64,000 nt of DNA from Eledone cirrhosa (Eukaryota). Shown here one piece after another: positions 36,427 through 51,074 of this stretch; within the stretch, counting starts at the first letter, position 1, and every line of letters begins with the position of its first letter. The position numbers and the translations under genes were made by a program. The stretch is taken from positions 286,688,001-286,752,000 of the forward strand of contig OZ024740.1 of the NCBI GenBank assembly GCA_964016885.1. Direction: 5' to 3'. The notes below the pieces were generated by a model. The model saw only the letters and a program-made list of their open reading frames with translations. It was not told the origin of the DNA and did no database searches.

Positions 36427-36944
36427 TTTGAGAATAAGCCTAGATGTGATTTTTTTATTTTACTTAAGACTTAAAAAGTACCAGTAGTTAGTGAGATGGC
36501 ATATTTTTTAAATTGGTAAATAAAAAACAAACTAAAAAATTCAGGATGTTGGAAGGTATACTATACAGAGGAAAAAAATCAAGTTTCATATATGCTAAAG
36601 ATATATTGTAGAGGTGAGAGTAGAAGCTTCTTACTTTTAAGTGTGGAACAGAGAAAGAATGATGGAGTTTTGTGCATCAGATAGTTTTTATTTCTATATT
36701 TTTAGATTTTTTTTTATCTGTTTTTACATTAATATTAGCAAATTCCTGGTGCGTAAATAGTTTTTTGTTTCAATGCTCTACCACTATAGCATATATCTAT
36801 AAATTTTTAGCTGACACCGTCAGATATATGTAATGTAAATACTTTGACATATGAAATGTCTTCATGGATAGAAAAAGAGAGACCACCCTGACTAGTTCCT
36901 GTCTGTTTGATATACTAATTGGTCTATTTGGTTTGCTTTGTCAC

Positions 36945-37140
36945 TTATAATAATTGTCTCTACTTTTAGCACAAGGTCAGCAACTATCTCAGTACATTAC
37001 TGGTACTTTATTTCATCGACCCCATAAGGATGAAAGGCAAAGTTAACCCCAGTAGGATTTGAACTCAGACTATAAACATGCGTAACTCTATGCTGCAAAG
37101 CATGGCGTCTGACCTTCTACCGATACTGCCAATCCCCCAT
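36945..37140 (-). mobile_element. tRNA-derived SINE (MetaSINE-like core)
   Basis: B-box-like GAGTTCAAATCC and core CTTTGCCTTTCATCCTT..GGGGTCGAT..AGTACCAG on the minus strand. Confidence 0.7.
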
Positions 37141-37439
37141 AATAATGGATTTATAAACAGTGTCTCTGTGGCCAGTTAAAGAGTGTACTCAACTGGTGAT
37201 GAACTTTTAGCACAGAATTGAAACCAGTCCTGTTGATCCCTCATTTGCTGTCTATTAAGATATTGTATATAAAGACAACCTATTTATATACATAATATAT
37301 ATTAATATATATTTTAGTGGAAACGGAAATTTCACAAATCGTTATCTCGGATCTTCGAACCTTTTGTTATTGATAATTGTTGTATGTATATCTATACATA
37401 TAGTGTTGGCTAAAATCTCTAGATAATAACAGTAATGAT

Positions 37440-38250
37440 AGTAATAATATGCTTAGGCATGGCAAACATATAAAGAAAAACTACTGCAACATAAACATAT
37501 TCAACAGCAGTAGTTACCAATGCAGTGGCAGCACTAATGATGACAGCTACAAAGATGTCTGGTGTGGTAATAGGGACAAGGAACAGACACACATGAAGTT
37601 CTCATTCTCAACATCACTTGACCTGGCTTACATCATAGCAATTATCAATTGCAGGAAGTATCAAAGAGATAGCAACAACAGCAACACACAGGACAACATT
37701 CACCAAGGAATGGGAATATCTTGCAATGCCCAGCAGTAGAGAAACTACAACAGCTTAATGTGCCAAGTCTCCACACAACAATGCAGGGATGAGGTTTCTG
37801 TAACCCTAGAAGATCCAATGGGCAAGACCTATAAATGTAGAAACCTTAGTGATTGCCTACTGGACAACTGCCTAACTTCTAGTATTGTGTACAGATGCAA
37901 ACTCACTATTACTAATAAGGAACACATCTACATCAGTGCAACTGGCATGATCTTCAAATCTTGCTATTAAAACCACATAAGTTCCTTCAAATATAAAAGT
38001 AAAATATCCTACACAAGCCAGGCAGAGATGGTATGGCAGCTCAAGGACAAAAACTTCAAACTGAAATGGGACATCCTTAAATGCACACTCCTCATACAAG
38101 CTCAGAAACCATTAGTGCTGACTCTGCCTAACAGAATATATGGAGATAATTAAACTTAAAAGGAACTGGTTAACATGAAATCTAAGGTTGTGATGAGCTG
38201 TAAGCACCAGCAAGCCCTCCTGTTTGCTAAGTATGACAACATTTCAACCC
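37440..38250 (+). mobile_element. Degenerate PLE GIY-YIG remnant
   Basis: KFSFSTS and CRNLSDCLLDNCLTSSIVYRC...YISATGMIFKSCY, with stops. Confidence 0.65.
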
Positions 38251-38599
38251 AATGACTACTAATGGCAACATAAGACACGGTCAATATCATGGACTCTGTA
38301 ATTATGCCATGTACGCATGTGTGTATGGCTTTTTTAATTTTAATTTTTTCTATTTATATTACATATATATGCATGTGTGTGTATGTACATGTGACTATGT
38401 CTGTGTGCATATATATTTATGGGTGTATATGTATATATTTGTACATGTGTGTGCATGTATGTGTGAATGTAGGTATATATATATGAATATATGTGTGTGT
38501 GTGTGTGTGAATATACACACACACCCTAATATCCTACCTAATTAAAGTAGCTCAATGTAGTGTGGATATGAATGTCTCATCAAAGCAAGGTGAAATTTA

Positions 38600-41500
38600 T
38601 TTTTGTGGAAAAGTGGTATTTTATTATATGTTATTCAGTATTCAAAGAAGTACAGAGTCAGAACAATGAAAACAGAGGGACGTAGTTCAGTGCTTAATTG
38701 AAGTGTAAGCATTTTCAAGCCATCTAGGATTGGAAAACAGAGCCACTGTGTTGTTTTGAATGGCCTAGATCTCATGATATGAACCATCTTCCATGTTTTC
38801 AGGCTAATCGCTGTCTGCCCCAACAGGAGTAGAACAGTTACATTTCTATAGACCTATGGAAACTGTTAGTTGGTAATTGGAACAGTATCTTAGATGCATG
38901 CTGGGTTGTGTGGGAGGCTAGCAGATAGGGCAGGAGAGTGTGAAAGCTTCACAAACCTGTTCAGACATCTCCAACTGTCTGGCAGCTGCCAAGTGGATTT
39001 CCTGAATGGGTCATCCAGATCATATCTAGATAGGATATTCTGTAGAAAAGTAGATAAGGTTTAACATAGGTTGTCCACAATTTCAAGTAGCTGACTATAC
39101 AAACCCCAAACTTGTCATGGACAGGGCATTGGTGCGCAAAGCTTACAGTGATTGGATTAGTGAATTAGTTAAGCAGGCATTGATGAGTGTAATCATTAAC
39201 AACAAATGGTTGTTTCCACTTAGAGTAGAATTGATAAAATTTAGCAAAGGTGTAGCGATATAGAAAACTAGACTTGAGGGAGAGCTAATCAGGAAGTTAG
39301 AAAAGGCATTTAGGAAAGGCATTGCAACTGACATGCTCACAATGAGATTGGCCCTCAATTAATTCTTCAACATAAAACACAAAGGTTACATTGCTTGAGA
39401 TAGGGCACATCTTCTGAAACATGAAGGGATAAAAGTCATCTAATGGGCCCAAGTGGTGGAGGTCTTTGGCTGACCAAGATGTTAATTGATCCCAAACAGT
39501 TGTGTGCAGCTTTTCAATGACACTTAACTATTTGGGAGCAGTGGCTGACCAGATCATGGGATGGACTTCCATGCTTACCTCGATGGCTGCTGCAGTTCTT
39601 GGAGACAGAGGCAGAGTGTTGCAGAAAGCTGATAACAGCTGCTGAAATATGAGAAGTGATGACTAACTGCATGAGGAGTAAATTGCCTGGTTACCATCAA
39701 TGGTCTGGTAGGGGATGCTCAGAAATGTGCCATTGTGAACAGATCCATCCATGGCAATCTCCACCATGTAATACATCATAGAGAGAGTGTCTAAGGAATT
39801 TGGCATGGGTAGGGATTTGGCATGGGTAGGGCCCTGATCAACTTAGATCAATCAAGGCAGCTGGCTTCAGAGAATGGATGACTACAATACACAGTGACAT
39901 CTGCTCAGTGGTCACAGTGAACGGACACCTATTGAAACCATTCAATATCATGTGCTCCCCCTGACAAGGTTGTCTCCTCTTATCTCTAGTGTATGTACTG
40001 ACGCTAGACCCACTGCTGCACAAACTGGATGTAAGAGATCTGTGCCAGCATATGCCAATGACATCAACATGGTGGTGTCAAGCAGTAGGAACATCAAGGT
40101 GATCAGCACTAGCCTGAGGAAGTATGAAATGGTGACAAGAGTGAAAATTAATCAAGAAAAGTTGGTGGGGGCTATGGTTCGGCACCTGGAGAAGCAAGTA
40201 TTTGCCGTCCATCAGTGTTGTTGGGCACTGGATGGATGTACCAGTTAAATTGCTTAGGATTTGGTTTGGTCCAGATGGACAAAAACTAGGACGATTTAAT
40301 GAAGAGGGGCCCCACTCACTAAAAATGTGCCGAGGAAGCAATCCCTGAAAGGTTGGGTGGGTGTTGCAACTATATATATATATCACCTCCATCATCTACT
40401 GCCACCTGACTAGCATGCCTTGCCTCAGTCCACATCTGACCACAAGGAAGTGCCTACTCTTTCACCTTTTGTGGAAGGGGTGCATTCCAATGGTCAGGCA
40501 ATCCATCTGCTGTCAACACTCACTATGTGGAGGACTGGACATGCCATGGCTGATGATGCACAAACATGTGCTGAAGATACAACATCTCTAATGCTTCATT
40601 GATGGTGAACAGGTGTGGCTGCCATTTGCTAGATAAATGTTTCCCTAGCTCATCCCCTTGATGGAGCTACAGTCCTGGATCGCGCAAAGACCAAAAGGGA
40701 GTGCTTTAAAATTGGAATGTCTTCAAGTGCTCAATTGCTATGAGTTGAGCACTGCAATCAATAAAAAATCCATTTTAGCATCCTATGGAGGACAAGTGTT
40801 AGAGAAAAGCAATGATCTTCTTGGGGATACTCTATGTATCAACTAACTGCTCTCTTCTGGAGAACTTTCTGACCAGGGTTGATGGATAACATCCAGAAAT
40901 CCCTGGCGTGGCAGTGCTACCAGAAAACATTGCCAGTTCGAGATAAGCTCCACAATCATGGAAGTACCATCAACCAAGCCTGTTCAAGATGTGTGCAAGG
41001 CGATGAAACTGTCTCGCATGCACTCATCCATTTCTAATTTGTGGGGCTATGTCAACCAGCTGCTGTAAGATGGATTTGGCTATTGGCTGAGTCCATCATG
41101 AAGATAACCCCACCATCTTCTTTTAGTCAGGAACGGCAGGCAGTTTTTATCTGCCTGGTGGACATTGCAAAAAAGGTTGTGTGATGTATATGCTTGAAAG
41201 GGTTGAGAACAGGCTCTTTCCTCTTTGGTGAAGCTCTGATTAACTTTTTAAAGTTTCACTTGAAGAGGAAAATCAGAGTGGAGAGGTAAGTGCAGTTTGT
41301 TGAAAGGTGGATGAGAGTGGCAAGCGTGGGCCGAGTGAATGGTCCTGTCCTGGATATACACCTGTAAATTAGAGAATAGCTGGAAGGAGGCACTTGTCCT
41401 AGCAATTAGGGTGGAGTGGCTTTTTGTGGGCTTTTCTTCACAAGTAACACTTAAATGGGCAATTTTCTTTGTTATAATTTTATTATCTTCCTTTTTTAGT

Positions 41501-41630
41501 TTCCCTTATACCTGTTTACCCCCCCCCCACACACACACACACACACATGCATACACTCAATGTTTTGTCCTGGGTTATCCTTAATGTTTTCTTTGTGTGA
41601 ACCCTTTGTGGGTAATAAAGAAATCGTTAT
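38600..41630 (+). mobile_element. Highly degenerate L1/Tx1-type LINE
   Basis: QGC-like and YANDINMVV RT remnants, KINQEK, a C-terminal CSRC..ETVSHALIH zinc knuckle, and AATAAA near 41614. Confidence 0.6.
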
Positions 41631-41689
41631 CATGATATTTTCAGTTTTAACTATATCAATTCAAAATTGTGGATTTGGATGACTCCATG

Positions 41690-41875
41690 GCAACCAAATA
41701 TAATTGGAATATAAGTTTACCATATAGTAGACTAGATATAATTGGATTGCAAGTTTACTATATTCCACCAGATATACATCAACTGTAAGTTTATCATATT
41801 CTGGCAGATATGTATGGACTGTAAGTTTATGATATTCCACCAGATATAATTAGACTGTAAGTTTACCATATTTAG
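41690..41875 (+). repeat. ~38-bp minisatellite, about 5 copies
   Basis: TAAGTTTA(C/T)CATATT recurs. Confidence 0.55.
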
Positions 41876-42029
41876 GGTTTTTGTAGAATGTCAGTTATAC
41901 ATAAGCATATTGTATATGGGTGCATATATGCCTTTATTCTGAATCCCACTGTGTTAGTGCTATCACTAATATAAAAACCAGGTCATCGGCATACAGAAGT
42001 TACCATGAACAACCAGTCTTAAACTCCTC

Positions 42030-42965
42030 TGTTATGGAGGAGTTTAAGACTGGTTGGAGAACTATAACAAACAGGAGTGGGCTGAAGGGTGAACCCTGAT
42101 GAACAACTACCTACACCTCGACTTTCTCACTAAACTCATTACCTACTCTCACATTACTAACAGCTCCTTTGTACATGGCTTGGACCGATCTTACAAGCCA
42201 TTCTTCTACACTTAGTTTCCTTAAGAGCCTTCAGAATACAGATCATGGTACTCTGTCAAAGTCCTTCTCCAGATCAACAAAAGCCAGATATAGTATTTTA
42301 CATTTAGTTAGGAATTTCCCTTGTAGTTGTTTCACTAAAAAAATGGCATGTGAGTGTTCCTCCCTAGCATAAAACAAAACTGCATCTCCCCAATCCCATC
42401 ATATCACCATTTTTACAATGACAGGAGGACTTGAACTCAGAACGCATAACAGTTGGAACAGTTACCACAAAGTTTCCCATTTAACAATTCAGTCAATCTA
42501 TTTCCTAAGACTGGTACTATATTTATTGAGCCTGAAAGGATGAAAGGTAAAGCTGACATCAGTAGGATTTGAATTTAAGAGCCAGAAAAAAAACTGTATC
42601 AATCCATCCATATCCAGTTTTGGTCTTTAGGGTGCTGCAGTTGTCCCGCACTCTGAGGTAGGCAACACCAGGCAATGTCTCACAGCTGCTCTCCATGAAT
42701 TTCTGTCCATAGTATCGACATCAGCCAAATTCCATTTATACAAATCACTCTTCACACACCCCAACCACGTCATCCTTGGTCTGTCGCGATCTCTAGTGCC
42801 AGCGATTGCCAAGTGAATGATGGAGTTGATGCATGACATGGCTCGCTGTACATGTCCGTACCAACGGAGATGTTGTGTGCGAAAGACAGCAGTAATCTCA
42901 TCCACACCCAGCTTCTGGTGGAGCTTGGTTGAAGGGGTCTCATATTTAATCTGATGTTCTAATAA
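42030..42965 (-). mobile_element. RTE LINE fragments
   Basis: FVDLEKDFDRV RT remnant and HLRWYGHVQR...RPRMTW C-terminus. Confidence 0.7.
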
Positions 42966-43393
42966 CTCTGACAATTCACCACCTTCAACAAGTCATTAAT
43001 TGAATAAAATGTAAATCAAATAAAAAATATTCTTAATTTATTCAACAGTTTAGATAGAATTATGTGATTAACAAATGTACAACTCCCCTAACATCACATT
43101 TCAATATCAAGTTTTTGTTGCTGATAGTAATAATTGTTTGTAATTTATGTACAAGGCCAGCAATTTAGGGCGAGGGAAAGGTCGATTAAGTTGGACGCAG
43201 TACTTAACTGGCACTTTATTTTATTGACCCCAGAAGGAGAAAGGCAAAGTTGACCTCAATGGGATTTGAACTTAGAATGTAAAGAGCCAGAACAATATAA
43301 TAGAAGCATTTTGTTCGACATTCTGGCGATGCTGATAATAAGAATATCAATATTATGAGAGATCCGTTGCATTCTGACTTTCAAAAATGGTTC

Positions 43394-43539
43394 CTAAGTG
43401 TCATCCATCTCTTTTAGAACAGCTTTCTTGTATTGCTCATAAGATCGTCTACCAACATCTTTTTCTTTGTCCACTGAACAAGCATTATTAGCCAGATGTT
43501 TGTAATATTCTCGTTCTTCCTCTTCTTCATCCTGCTCAT
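43394..43539 (-). CDS. SLC7A6OS: SLC7A6OS last coding exon
   Basis: TTTGTAG acceptor, phase-compatible, ends SYEQYKKAVLKEMDDT*. The five exons total 1032 nt (343 aa). Confidence 0.75.
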
Positions 43540-45165
43540 CTACAAATAATAAAACATAATATTGAAGACAAATCAAACAAAATTAAGTTCTTTTGTTTCT
43601 ATTACTGTTCAAGGTCTCCAAGATTAGTAGAAAAGAGGAAAGAAGGTAGCCTTAAAAATGCTTAGACTCCACCAAAGATACCTAAGGGCTAGATGGTGAT
43701 GTTAAACTGAGCAATGGATTAGGTCAACCACATAAGTAGGCCATGCCAGAATCTGAACTAACGTTGCAAAGAGACGAAACAAATATTGTAAGGCATCTCG
43801 TGTGATGCTCTAACAATTATGCCAATCCATCAACCTGGGATTGGTACTTTATTACAGTTCCTCATTAAAAGGCTTGCTCTTTATAAGAGGTTAATCACTA
43901 TATCTCTAGTGTTGTGATGATGATAATGATTCTAGCAAAGCTTAGTCCTCCATGATTTATGGATAAATTAACTTCATGTGAAACAATAAAAGTAATGGTT
44001 TCTCACCAATACTATTTCTGCACCCATACAAAAAAAATTATAATCTTCTGGTTTAGAAGTTTTCTTTGCAACTTCATGGTTTCAGGTTCAGTCCCACTGC
44101 ATGGCACTTTGGTCAAAGTGTCTCTTAAAATAGCCATGGGCTGACCAATCTTTTGTGAGTGAAATTTGATTAAAATGGAAACTGTATTGAAGCCTATTGT
44201 GTGTGTGTGTGTCTTTCAGCTTTGATACTGGTTGCGTAGTTGATAATGTTTAAGTCCTGCATAAACAATATGACCTGCAGCTCATTGGTTTAATAGAGAA
44301 AATCAGTAGAACAAGTACTATGCTTATAAATAAAATATGGATTGGCATCAGAAAAAGCATCCAGCTATAGAATATTGATTCAAAAGTCTCATCCAACTCA
44401 CGCAAGCATGATAAAGTAGGTATAAAATTGATAATGATGATATATAATTTTGTTTTTCAAAAACCTGTTCATGAAGACAAGGTTTTCATAAATTATTTAC
44501 CATCAGTTAAAAGGTATAATGACATTAAGACAATTATTTTCATAAAATATTTAACATCAGTTAAAGGGTATAATGGCCTTAAGTTTAAGATATGAATTAA
44601 TTAAGCTGTTTTTTTTTATTTCTTCTTTTGCTCACTACAAATCATTATCAGTGTCATCGTTTTTACATCCACTTTTCTATACTGATAATACTTTTTTTAG
44701 GTAGTTTTTCTATGGCTGGATACACTTCCTGACATCAACCCATACTTCTTTATTTCTAAGTATGGTATATATCACTAATGTTTGTTGAACTGTCAAGCTG
44801 AGGGACATAATCAAATGTCACTTCTTGCTTTATAAATGGTGTCAATATGGAGATTCACAAAGGGACTGTCACGCACACACAGATGGAATTTGAATTCAAA
44901 ATGTACAGGGCTGGAACAGATACCATAAAGCATACTGTCTGATGCTCTAACAAATCCACCTATCTACTACCCTGGACTGGTAATTTATCAACTCTGAAAG
45001 ACCAAGCTAACATTGGTGTGATTTGAACTCAGAGTGCAGAGAGTCAGAAAAAATATTGCAAGGCCTTTGACTTGACACTGTAATGACTTTGCCAATTCAC
45101 TTAAAAAATAGGAGATGAATTATTAACACAATTTTAATTATTTGGACTATTAGCTTCAACTTTAA

Positions 45166-45365
45166 CCCTTTAGCATTTAAACTGGCTGTATCTGGCCAGA
45201 ATTCTTTCACCTCTTTCTGTTCAAACCGGCTGTAACTGGCCACTCATGTTGTTCTCAAAATAAATAATATCAAAATCTCATAGATTCGATATTATGTGAG
45301 ATAATTGTGAGGAATTTACCATGAAAATATAATAGTAAATATAGAGCAATGTAAATGCTAAAGGG
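45166..45365. mobile_element. piggyBac-type MITE
   Basis: TIRs CCCTTTAGCATTTA with TTAA on both sides. Confidence 0.8.
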
Positions 45366-46097
45366 TTAAAGATGAAAAATAGTGTGATATTTATATCTAT
45401 AGTAAGAGTGATAGATTGGCAGAATTTTGTCACTGCAAAGTTGCAGTGGAATTGTGTCAGGGATAAATATGTTAACACTACAAAATAAAGGAAAAATAAA
45501 TATAACAATCTTTATGAGTTTTAAAATAGCTAAAATGTTACCTACACAATGTAATTGCTTCCTGGAATGATATACTAAAAATAATTCCATTTTAACAATA
45601 GTACTTACAGGTTCATAGTTAATTTCTGTAGGAAAGGGGCAGTAGTTGATAGACTTGATAATCCACTGTAGTACTGGTGCATATTTGATTGACTTCAGAG
45701 AACTTATGAGCCAATGAGGGAGGAGCAGAGGCCTCTATATGGTCACTCAACTTGCTAGAAACAGCAGCAAAATTGCCCTCAAATCACACCCTACCATCTT
45801 AAATAAGGAGAAAAAATACAATGTATAATATAATATAGTTTTAGATACTCCTAAAAAAAACAGGCTGACCTTGACTGGAATGTCTTTGGTCATAAATTTG
45901 CTTGATCACAGCAACAACTTGAAAGAACTAACAGTTAAAACTTGATTCTAGAGCAAATTTGAATTCAGATTAAAATTAGATGAAGTGAAATACTACTAGG
46001 TTCTACCTTTTGACCATTCCTTCCACTACTCTTTATTTATATACAATAATATAACCTTAATAGAAAATTAAATGGTTCAAAATACTTAATAACTTAC

Positions 46098-46190
46098 CAA
46101 GAAAACATTTTTCAATCCTGCGTGCCAACATATTCTCCAATTCATCTTCATCTGAGTCAAGTCCAAAGTTTTCATAGTTGTCGTGATCTG
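46098..46190 (-). CDS. SLC7A6OS: SLC7A6OS coding exon 4
   Basis: 93 bp, TTTTAG acceptor and GTAAGT donor. In-frame acidic DHDNYENFGLDSDEDE. Confidence 0.7.
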
Positions 46191-47256
46191 CTAAAATAAA
46201 GAAAACAATACATGTAAACTTATTTGGTTGGTTCCTTTAGCTAGCAAAGAAATAAATGAGCAAGACTATGAAGTCCTTCAAACTGCTAAAAGTAGCAGAC
46301 AACTCTGCCTCAAATCCCCTCAGATGTGAGCTGTAATAACAATAAGTTCAATTAGCATGGATTCACTGTTAACAGCCAGGCTAATGATATTTTCATCTCT
46401 ATTCAATTAACTCTGAATAAGAACTGATTTGAACAATGATGACCCATCTAATCCATACCATCACGGAAAGTAGATGTAATATGATGATGATGAAGATGCT
46501 GCATGTCTCTACCATCACAATAAAACAAATCCTGCACTGTGATATAAAGGACCCTTTAGTTGCATCAAGGACATGACAGCCTCCCTAAAGCACTCAGTAA
46601 GTACATGGTATAACGTGGTTGGTGTTATGATGGGCATCCAGCCGTAGAAATCTTGCAAATCAAGGGGTTAGGAAGACCCTTCAGTTTGTGTCAAAAGACA
46701 AATTCTCCTCTGCACTCAATATGATCATACGTAACCAGTTGACTTGTCTAGAAGGTCAGTAGCCCCACTTCAGTACTGACTTGGTCTATGGAGACCCATC
46801 CAACCCTTGCTAGTAGGAAAAGCTGATGTTAAATGATAATGATGATGGCTATTTCTACAGCAAGAGTGAAATCAACCTGTCTAGGAGGAAATTCAGTTTT
46901 TATCCATAAATAAAATATTGCAAATGTAATTGATGAAAGATATTTAGATGTTTTTAACACGGCAACAATTGAAACATGTGTTATTACAAACCTATTACAT
47001 GTTCAAGCAAAGGAAAAAGAACCAAAGAGGATGCCTCTTCATGGTCACTTGAGCTGCTAGACATAGTGGCCATATCACAAAAAAATCCCATCTTACCATT
47101 ATAAAAAATGAAGGACATATTGGATAATGTTAAAAACAAAATTAGCAGGCCATGACTGGAATGCCTTTGATCAAAGGCTTCTTCAATCAGGGTTGATTTG
47201 AGACTAAACAATAACACAGAAATTGATAGCAGGCTAGTTAAGATTTTCCAACTTAC

Positions 47257-47572
47257 CATCATCACTGCTGCGTTCATTAGGGTCATAGATGTGAGGATCT
47301 TCATCAGGGTAGTCATTCCTCCAGTTACTTTCATTGTTGCTGTCAGAATCATCATCACAGTTGTCATCAGAATCAGACAGTCTCTCGTCCATGAACATAT
47401 GGCCTTGTTCATACAATTCAACGCTTGGGGTGCTTTCAAGCCAGCGATAATCAAAGCCAGAATGGTTTATATAATATAAATCATATACATATTCTCTGTT
47501 CATGTTATCAACAGCTACTTTTTCACTTTTCATGGGGACTGAATTGCAGGTAACCACATCCTTATGTTGAAG
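47257..47572 (-). CDS. SLC7A6OS: SLC7A6OS coding exon 3 (Iwr1 domain)
   Basis: VTCNSVPM, YVYDLYY and DDSDSNNESNWRNDYPDED (Iwr1 signature). AG/GTAAGT sites, ends phase 1. Confidence 0.92.
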
Positions 47573-47674
47573 CTAGAAGAGACACAAGAAAGCTACAAAT
47601 GGCCACAAAACAAACTTCAGTTGATTAAGTACAAACTTTAACATTGGTTTACTAATTAAAATGGAATGCAGAAG

Positions 47675-48225
47675 TAAATAATTGTTTCTACTTTTAGCAC
47701 AAGGCCAGCAATTATTTCAGTGTATTACTGGTACTCTATTTTATCGACCCCGTAAGGATGAAAGGCAAAGTTAACCTCGATGGGATTTGAACTCAGACCG
47801 TAATGCATAAGTAAATAATTGTTTCTACTTTTGGCACAAGGCCACAAATACCCAGTGCATTACTGGTACTTTATTTTATCGACCCCGTAAGGATGAAAGG
47901 CAAAGTTAACCTCGGCGGCATTTGAACTCAGAATGGCAAGGGCTGTAACTCTATGCGTCAAAGCATGTCGTCTGACCCTCTACCGATATTGCATATTGCC
48001 TTGTAAGTAAATAATAAGTAAATAATTGTTTCTACTTTTGGCACAAGGCCAGCAATTATTCCAGTATATTACTGGTACTTTATTTTATCGACCCCGTAAG
48101 GATGAAAGGCAAAGTCAACCTCGGCGGGATCTGAACTCAGATCGTAAAGGAACGTAACTATGCTGGAATGCATGTCCGACACTCTACCGATACTGCCAAT
48201 TCACCGCCCTTATAATAAGTAAATA
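47675..48225 (-). mobile_element. Three tandem tRNA-derived SINE copies
   Basis: GACCCCGTAAGGATGAAAGGCAAAGT occurs three times, with AAGTAAATAA at the junctions. Confidence 0.75.
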
Positions 48226-49463
48226 ATAAAGCATAAATATGTTGGATTGTGACACAAATTAAAATATTTAAAATATTTACTATTTTATTCTTTTACTGGT
48301 TCCAGTCATTGCATTGCAGACCCAAATCTGGATCTCATGTTTTCGTTTTAATACCTGCTTTCCCTGTTAGCAAGAGTTGAACACATTATTGATCTTTATT
48401 TAGTGAATGGGTTTGTTAACCTATTTTTAGATCTCCCCTCAATAATACAATGTTATACATCTAGTGGTTGCTAGATCTGCTAGAAATAGCAGCTTAATCT
48501 CCCTCAAATTAAAATTTGTTGTCTCAAAAGAATGGTGGTTATTTGATAATCTGATGTTAGATAAATTATGTTTGGAAAAAAAAAAAAAAAAGATAAAATG
48601 TCTTTTGATCAGACAGACTTCTGCACATTTTCCATTCACCAAATTTTACTTTCAAGGCAAAAGTCAACCTACAGCTAAGGTAGACGACACTTACCCAAAG
48701 TACCACACAATGGGATTATATTGAGAACAAACGGAGTGTGAAGCAAACATTTTAATCACATAGTATTTTTCTAAACCTTCATAAGCAAAAATTGTTTTTT
48801 TTTTTTTTTTTTTTTTTTTTGTATTTTCCATTATTTAGTCAGGGAGGAAAGTGTAGTACCCATGATCCTTTTTAAGGCCTCCAAGGCTGAAGAAGGTATT
48901 CTCAGACTCAAGTCCTGACCTGAATGCTTGCAACAGAGTGAACTCTGTTAACATAACTCAAGAACCAGAGTGACTGGGTGTCTGATCATCTCCAACTTAA
49001 GTAGAGTATGGTGGGATTTGAACTGCAATAAATAACACAAATATCTAATGCTCTGACAACTCCACTAGTCAACCACCCAGGATTGGTACTTTATCAACCC
49101 CTGTTCATCTGGAGCAGCAGAGAAGGCTGGAAAGAATGGAAATGAGAATAGCTTGGTTCATGAGCTGAGTAACACTCAGAGTATGATGTGAATTGAGTCA
49201 GTGATGAATGTTATGAAGAGAAATGGAATGAGATGGCTGGGTCATATATTGAGAACGGATAAAAGTCAGTGGATGAGAAGAGTGATGGGAATGAATGTGA
49301 AAGTATAGGAAGGGGAGACCAAAAAAGACAGGGATAACTCTGATAGAAAAGGAAATGAAAGCAAAGGGGTGGATGAGGGGTAATACAGATGATAGGGCAA
49401 AATAGAGAAACTTGTCATGTAGACCACAACACTAACCCTGCTTTAGTTGGAAAATAACCTTAA

Positions 49464-49694
49464 CCCTTTAGCATTTAAACCGGCCATATCCGGCCAGAAT
49501 TCTCTCACCTCTTTCTGTTCTAACCAGCCATAATCAGCCACTTATACTGATGTTAAGGTATTGTTCTCAAAATAAATACTAACAAAATCTCATAGATTCA
49601 ATATTATGTGGAATAATTATGTGAGGTAAAGCCTTTACCATGAAAATATAAAAGTAAACAATAGTAAATATAGAGTAATGTAAATGCTAAAGGG
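49464..49694. mobile_element. piggyBac-type MITE, same family
   Basis: Same TIRs, TTAA TSD and homologous interior. Confidence 0.8.
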
Positions 49695-49789
49695 TTAAAA
49701 CACTTGTTGTTTATTGATTTCAACTAAATGTGTCATAGAATTGCTCATGCAGAATTTATAAGGTCTACTCAGCAACAACAATTTCATAA

Positions 49790-50560
49790 AGTTGATTTCT
49801 TATATTGGCACAAAGCCACAAATATGGGGTATAATTCATTATAATTGACTGGTACTTATTTTACTGATCCCAAAAGAATGAAAGGCAAAAAGGACCTTGA
49901 CAGGAATTGAACTCAGAAAGTAAAGGACTCTAACTAAATGCTGCAAAGCATTTTGCCCAATGCTTTAATAATTTTGCCTAACCAAAATAATTGATGTCTT
50001 ACAAAGACACAACAAGGTCACAATTTTTTGTGGGTGAGTATAGTTGATTAAATCAACCCCAGTACTTGATCGGTGCTTTATTTTATTTACCCTGGAAAGA
50101 TGAAAAACAGTGAAATTTGAACTCACAATGAAAAAGGGCCATAATTAAATACAGCTACTTATATTAACCCCAGTTAATTAACTTGACAAGTAAGTTATTT
50201 TATTGACCTTGAAAGAATAAAAGACAAAGTTGATCTCAGCAGAATTTGAACTTAAAAAATAAAGAGCTAGAATAAATATTTCTAGGCAATTTGTCCAATG
50301 CTCTAGCAATTCTGCCAATCCACCACCCTTATTTACTGACCATGAAGGAATGTAAAACAAAATTAACCTCGACATCATTTGATGTTTCTACTTTAGGCAC
50401 AAGGCCAGCAATTACCCAGTGCATTACTGGTACTTTATTTTATCGACCCCGTAAGGATGAAAGGCAAAGTTAACTTCGGCGGGATTTGAACTCAGACCGT
50501 AAATAATGAATTACCACAAGACAGTTTGTCCAACACTCTAAAAATGTTGCCAATTCACTG
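49790..50560 (-). mobile_element. Cluster of SINE copies of differing age
   Basis: Repeated core and B-box motifs. Confidence 0.6.
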
Positions 50561-50609
50561 CTCTCTGCTAATCCAAAATATTAAACAATAAAACTAATAA
50601 AAATCTCAC

Positions 50610-50927
50610 ATTTGCTGTAATGGCAGCCACATCTTGCTCAATATCATACAGACAATATATCTTTTCACCAACAGAATCTGTCTCACTTTCTTTGGAGGCA
50701 TCTGATGATTTTTCCAAAGTAGATTGAACAGCATCATCTACAGAATCTATTTTATCCAATTCTTGACTTCTGTATTGTGATACAACAAGGTACCGCTTGT
50801 TCTTTGATGATGTCTGACAAGTAGTTCGGCTTTTAGCAATAGGATCTCGATATGCATGACGTTTGTACTCCTTCTCAAGCTTTTCCTTCTTGATTGCTTT
50901 TCGAATGTGCTGTGAAATAGCATCTGC
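50610..50927 (-). CDS. SLC7A6OS: SLC7A6OS coding exon 2
   Basis: Acceptor TTGTAG|GCA and donor AAT|GTGAG. 318 bp open (ADAISQHIRK...YCLYDIE...TAN). Confidence 0.8.
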
Positions 50928-51074
50928 CTACAAGAAAGAAAGTAAAAAAAATTGTATAGTTTAATATGAAGCATTGTGAAAAATGTAGTTAGGATTGGCT
51001 TGGGAAAGCTAGTATAATGTAAGGACAAACAAAACAATAGTTTACACTTTTACTTTATATTTTGCATTGTCATT

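Noticed and set aside
50700-50712. CTGATGA as a hammerhead core
   Set aside because: It lies antisense within a coding exon and has no supporting stems or GAAA.
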